A stretch of DNA of 64,000 bases from Candidatus Contendobacter sp. (GTDB taxonomy: Bacteria; Pseudomonadota; Gammaproteobacteria; Competibacterales; Competibacteraceae): positions 2,086-66,085 of the forward strand of contig JBDHRD010000001.1 in NCBI GenBank assembly GCA_039807425.1, read 5' to 3'. This document shows positions 60,951-64,000 of the stretch, piece by piece; positions within the stretch are counted from its first letter, which is position 1, and each line of letters opens with the position of its first letter. Below the pieces are notes generated by a model. It saw only the letters and a program-made list of their open reading frames with translations. It was not told where the DNA came from and did not search any database. A program made the position numbers and the translations under genes.

Positions 60951-61928
60951 GTGAATTTCCAACAGCTCAGAATCATTCAGGAGGCAGTTCGCTGCAATTT
61001 CAACCTGACCGAGGCCGCCAACGCATTGTTTACCTCGCAATCAGGGGTCAGCAAGCATATCAAGGATCTGGAGGACGAACTTGGGGTGGAATTGTTCGTT
61101 CGCCGCGGGAAACGGTTGATTGGGCTGACCGAGCCGGGCCGCGAGGTGGTGACCATCATCCGGCGCATGCTGCTGGACGCCAGCAACATCCGCAATCTGG
61201 CGGAGCAGTTTTCCCAACGGGACCAGGGCAAGCTTCGGGTCGCGACCACTCACACCCAGGCCCGCTATGCGCTGCCGCCGGTGATCGGGCGCTTCAGGCA
61301 GGCCTTTCCCAGGGTTCACCTCGCGCTGTATCAGGCCGCCAGTCCGGGGGAAATCATCGATTTGCTACTGGCCGGTGAGGTCGAACTGGGCATTGCCACC
61401 GAGTCGCTCACCACGGTGGAGGAACTGGCGACGTTCCCATATTACCAGTGGCGCTATGCGGTGATCGCGCCGGAAGGTCACCCGCTGGAAGGGCAACACC
61501 CGCTCACGCTCGCGGCGATCGCCGAATATCCGCTGATCACCTACCACGAGGGATTCAGCGGACGGTCCCGGATTGATGCCCGATTTTTCCAGGCGGGGTT
61601 GATGCCCGACATCGTGCTGTCGGCCCTCGATGCCGACGTGATCAAAACCTACGTTGAACTCGGTTTGGGCATCGGCATCATCGCCGCCATAGCCTTTAAT
61701 CCCGCCCGGGACATGGGACTACGCCTGCTCGACAACACCGACCTGTTCGAGCCTGACACCGTCTGGATCGCTATCCGCAAGGGTCATTTCCTGAAAAACT
61801 TTGCCTACCAGTTCATCGAACTGTGCAATCCCAGGCTGAGGGAACCGATCGTGCGGGCGGCCAGTTCGCCGATGGCGGGTAGCCAGCCCGCCATCCAGGA
61901 AGTTTTTGAAGATGGCGCCGGGATTTAG
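60951..61928 (+). CDS. cysB: CysB/Cbl-family LysR regulator
   Basis: NFQQLRII.E..R..FNLTEAAN.LFTSQSGVSKHIKDLEDELG, ATTHTQARY and DADVIKTYVELGLG; GTG start. Confidence 0.85.
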   Translation: MNFQQLRIIQEAVRCNFNLTEAANALFTSQSGVSKHIKDLEDELGVELFVRRGKRLIGLTEPGREVVTIIRRMLLDASNIRNLAEQFSQRDQGKLRVATTHTQARYALPPVIGRFRQAFPRVHLALYQAASPGEIIDLLLAGEVELGIATESLTTVEELATFPYYQWRYAVIAPEGHPLEGQHPLTLAAIAEYPLITYHEGFSGRSRIDARFFQAGLMPDIVLSALDADVIKTYVELGLGIGIIAAIAFNPARDMGLRLLDNTDLFEPDTVWIAIRKGHFLKNFAYQFIELCNPRLREPIVRAASSPMAGSQPAIQEVFEDGAGI

Positions 61929-62118
61929 GTGTAAGACTGCGCCATGTCTGATTCGCGCCATTTTGCATATTAAGCAAAGCAGAAATTCTTGGTTTCGAAC
62001 GGGTTGCTTGACTCCCCAAACCGGTCGGTATGCCGCCGATTAGTCGTTTTCCATCCTCGGTCCTTGGCCGCTCGTCTATACTGACCCGGTTTTCCAAGAT
62101 CTGACTCAGGAGAATCCG

Positions 62119-62643
62119 GTGATCTATTCCCTCGGTGACCGCAAGGTCGAATTCCACGGCGAAGACTGGTTTATCGCCGACAATGCCACCGTGATCGGCT
62201 CGGTGGTGCTCGAACAGAATGCCAGCATCTGGTTCAATGCGGTGGTCCGCGGCGACAACGACGTGATCACCATCGGCGAAAATTCCAACATCCAGGACGG
62301 CTCGATCCTCCACACTGATCCCGGCATCCTGCTGACTATCGGCCGCGACGTCACCGTCGGCCATCTGGCCATGCTGCACGGCTGTGTCGTCGGCGACAAC
62401 AGCCTGATCGGCATCAAGAGCCTGATCATGAACCGGGCGGTGATCGGCAGGAACTGCCTGATCGGCGCCAACAGCCTGATCCCCGAGGGCAAGGTCATCC
62501 CGGATGGCTCGCTGGTGATGGGGGCGCCCGGCAAGATCGTGCGTTCCCTGACGGAACCGGAAATCGCAAAATTACGCCTGTCCGCCGGCCGCTACGTGGA
62601 AAATTTCAAACGGTTCAAGCGCGATCTGCGCCGGCAGGCCTGA
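62119..62643 (+). CDS. Gamma carbonic anhydrase family protein (YrdA/PaaY-like)
   Basis: VRGDND, SNIQDGS.LHTD and VGH..MLHGC; hexapeptide repeats. Confidence 0.92.
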   Translation: MIYSLGDRKVEFHGEDWFIADNATVIGSVVLEQNASIWFNAVVRGDNDVITIGENSNIQDGSILHTDPGILLTIGRDVTVGHLAMLHGCVVGDNSLIGIKSLIMNRAVIGRNCLIGANSLIPEGKVIPDGSLVMGAPGKIVRSLTEPEIAKLRLSAGRYVENFKRFKRDLRRQA

Positions 62644-62644
62644 C

Positions 62645-63577
62645 GTGGCGACCGTTCTGGAAGACCGTCTGGAACTGGCGGTCGGGCAGGTCGGTACGAC
62701 CATTCTCGGCAAGGAACACGCCATCCGCCTGGCGTTGAGTTGCCTGCTGGCGCGGGGCCACCTGCTGATCGAAGACCTGCCGGGCATGGGCAAGACCACC
62801 CTCGCGCACGCCTTGGCCGGCTGTCTGGGCCTGCACTATCAGCGCATCCAGTTCACCAGCGACCTGCTGCCGGCGGACATCCTCGGCGCGGCGGTGTACG
62901 AACGCCAGCGCGAGACGTTCGTATTCCATCCCGGCCCGATTTTCGCCCAACTGATCCTGGCCGACGAGATCAACCGCGCCACCCCCAAGACCCAGAGCGC
63001 GCTGCTGGAAGCGATGGAGGAAGGACAGGTCACCATCGAGGGCGAAACCCGCAAGCTGCCGGAGCCGTTCTTCGTCATCGCCACCCAGAATCCCGCCTAT
63101 CAGATCGGTACCTTTCCGCTGCCCGAATCCCAACTCGATCGTTTCCTGATGCGGATCGAACTGGGTTATCCCGACGCCCAGGCCGAACGACTGCTGCTGG
63201 AGGGCGAGGATCGGCGCGACGTGCTGGCGCGGTTGCCGGTGTGCCTGACTCCGGCCCAACTGCACGAGGCGCAGGCGCGGGTGGCGGGGATTCACACCGC
63301 GCCGCCGTTGCTCGACTACGTGCAGGGTCTGCTGGCGTTCTCGCGCCAGTCGAGCCTGTTTCGCGGTGGCCTGTCGCCGCGCGCCGGTCTGGCCCTGCTG
63401 CGGGCGGCGCGCGCCTGGGCACTGTTGCACCGCCGCGGCCACGTCCTGCCGGAGGACGTGCAGGCGGTATTGCCGGCGGTAGTGGGGCACCGGCTGTATC
63501 CCGGCGAGGAACATCTGGAACTGTCGGCCGCCGATCTGGTCGGCCGTCTGCGCGCCGCCGTGGCTCTGCCGGTCTGA
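62645..63577 (+). CDS. MoxR-family AAA+ ATPase
   Basis: EDLPGMGKT, RIQFTSDLLP.D, DEINRATPKTQSALLEAMEE, ATQNP and LDRF. Confidence 0.93.
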   Translation: MATVLEDRLELAVGQVGTTILGKEHAIRLALSCLLARGHLLIEDLPGMGKTTLAHALAGCLGLHYQRIQFTSDLLPADILGAAVYERQRETFVFHPGPIFAQLILADEINRATPKTQSALLEAMEEGQVTIEGETRKLPEPFFVIATQNPAYQIGTFPLPESQLDRFLMRIELGYPDAQAERLLLEGEDRRDVLARLPVCLTPAQLHEAQARVAGIHTAPPLLDYVQGLLAFSRQSSLFRGGLSPRAGLALLRAARAWALLHRRGHVLPEDVQAVLPAVVGHRLYPGEEHLELSAADLVGRLRAAVALPV

Positions 63578-63587
63578 ATTCCGGTCC

Positions 63588-64000
63588 ATGGGCGCGCTGT
63601 GGCAACGGTTCGAGAACTGGGTGATGCGCGGCCAGCGGCCAGCCAGTGAACCGGTCCGGTTGACCCGCCGCCGTATTTACATCCTGCCCACCGGGCAGGG
63701 CTACGCCTTCGCCGCCCTCCTGTTGTTGTTGTTCCTGTGGTCGATCAACTACAGCAACAGCATGGGATTCGCCTTCACCTTCCTGCTGGCGGCGGTGGCG
63801 CTGAACAGCATGTGGCAGGCGCACGACAATCTGCTGGGGCTGATCGTCGATTCCAACGGCGCCGAGCCGGTGTTCGCCGGCCAAGAGGCGCGATTCAGCG
63901 TTCGGCTGGAAAACCCGGACCCCAAACCGCGCTACGGCATCGGCCTGCAATGGCGCGGCCAGCTTCCCCGTTACACGGATTTACCGGCCAGCGGCGCGAC
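63588..64000 (+). CDS. DUF58 domain protein, N-terminal part (runs off window)
   Basis: RLTRRRIYILPT..G..F...LL...SINY.N.MG...TFLL and PVFAG; follows moxR. Confidence 0.85.
   Translation, partial: MGALWQRFENWVMRGQRPASEPVRLTRRRIYILPTGQGYAFAALLLLLFLWSINYSNSMGFAFTFLLAAVALNSMWQAHDNLLGLIVDSNGAEPVFAGQEARFSVRLENPDPKPRYGIGLQWRGQLPRYTDLPASGA

Overview
A 64 kb chromosomal window from a high-GC proteobacterium. Gene content and order look gammaproteobacterial (possibly Competibacteraceae/Chromatiales; not verified). Housekeeping blocks: gyrB; leuC-leuD-cimA-(insert)-leuB; lptM-lysA-...-dapF-DUF484; engB/cytochrome c4/System II cytochrome c biogenesis/dsbA; parE; an ArsS radical SAM/TIGR04283/TIGR04282/oxidoreductase cluster; cysB; and a MoxR-DUF58 pair. 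Accessory blocks: (i) a Wza/Wzc exopolysaccharide locus with unusual passengers (membrane J-domain protein, triple-repeat secreted protein, BTLCP-like lipoprotein, RfaH paralogue); (ii) a ~4.2 kb integrase-less island at the parE 3' end, bounded by 74 bp direct repeats and carrying a peptidoglycan hydrolase, a secreted partner and a methyltransferase-TPR protein; (iii) a candidate peptide-signalling operon: FecR-TPR-beta-barrel receptor, a 75-aa protein ending in a Cys-loop, a CHASE2 histidine kinase and a sigma54 response regulator, in which barrel and peptide share a low-GC cassette. Downstream are a sigma54 promoter, an XRE regulator and a full-length RtcB homologue lacking several catalytic residues. 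Several gene remnants (pirin, DODA dioxygenase, LysR, IS3) and nested MITE/REP-like repeats are present. No rRNA, tRNA or CRISPR array was seen. All calls are by eye from motifs; no database searches were run.
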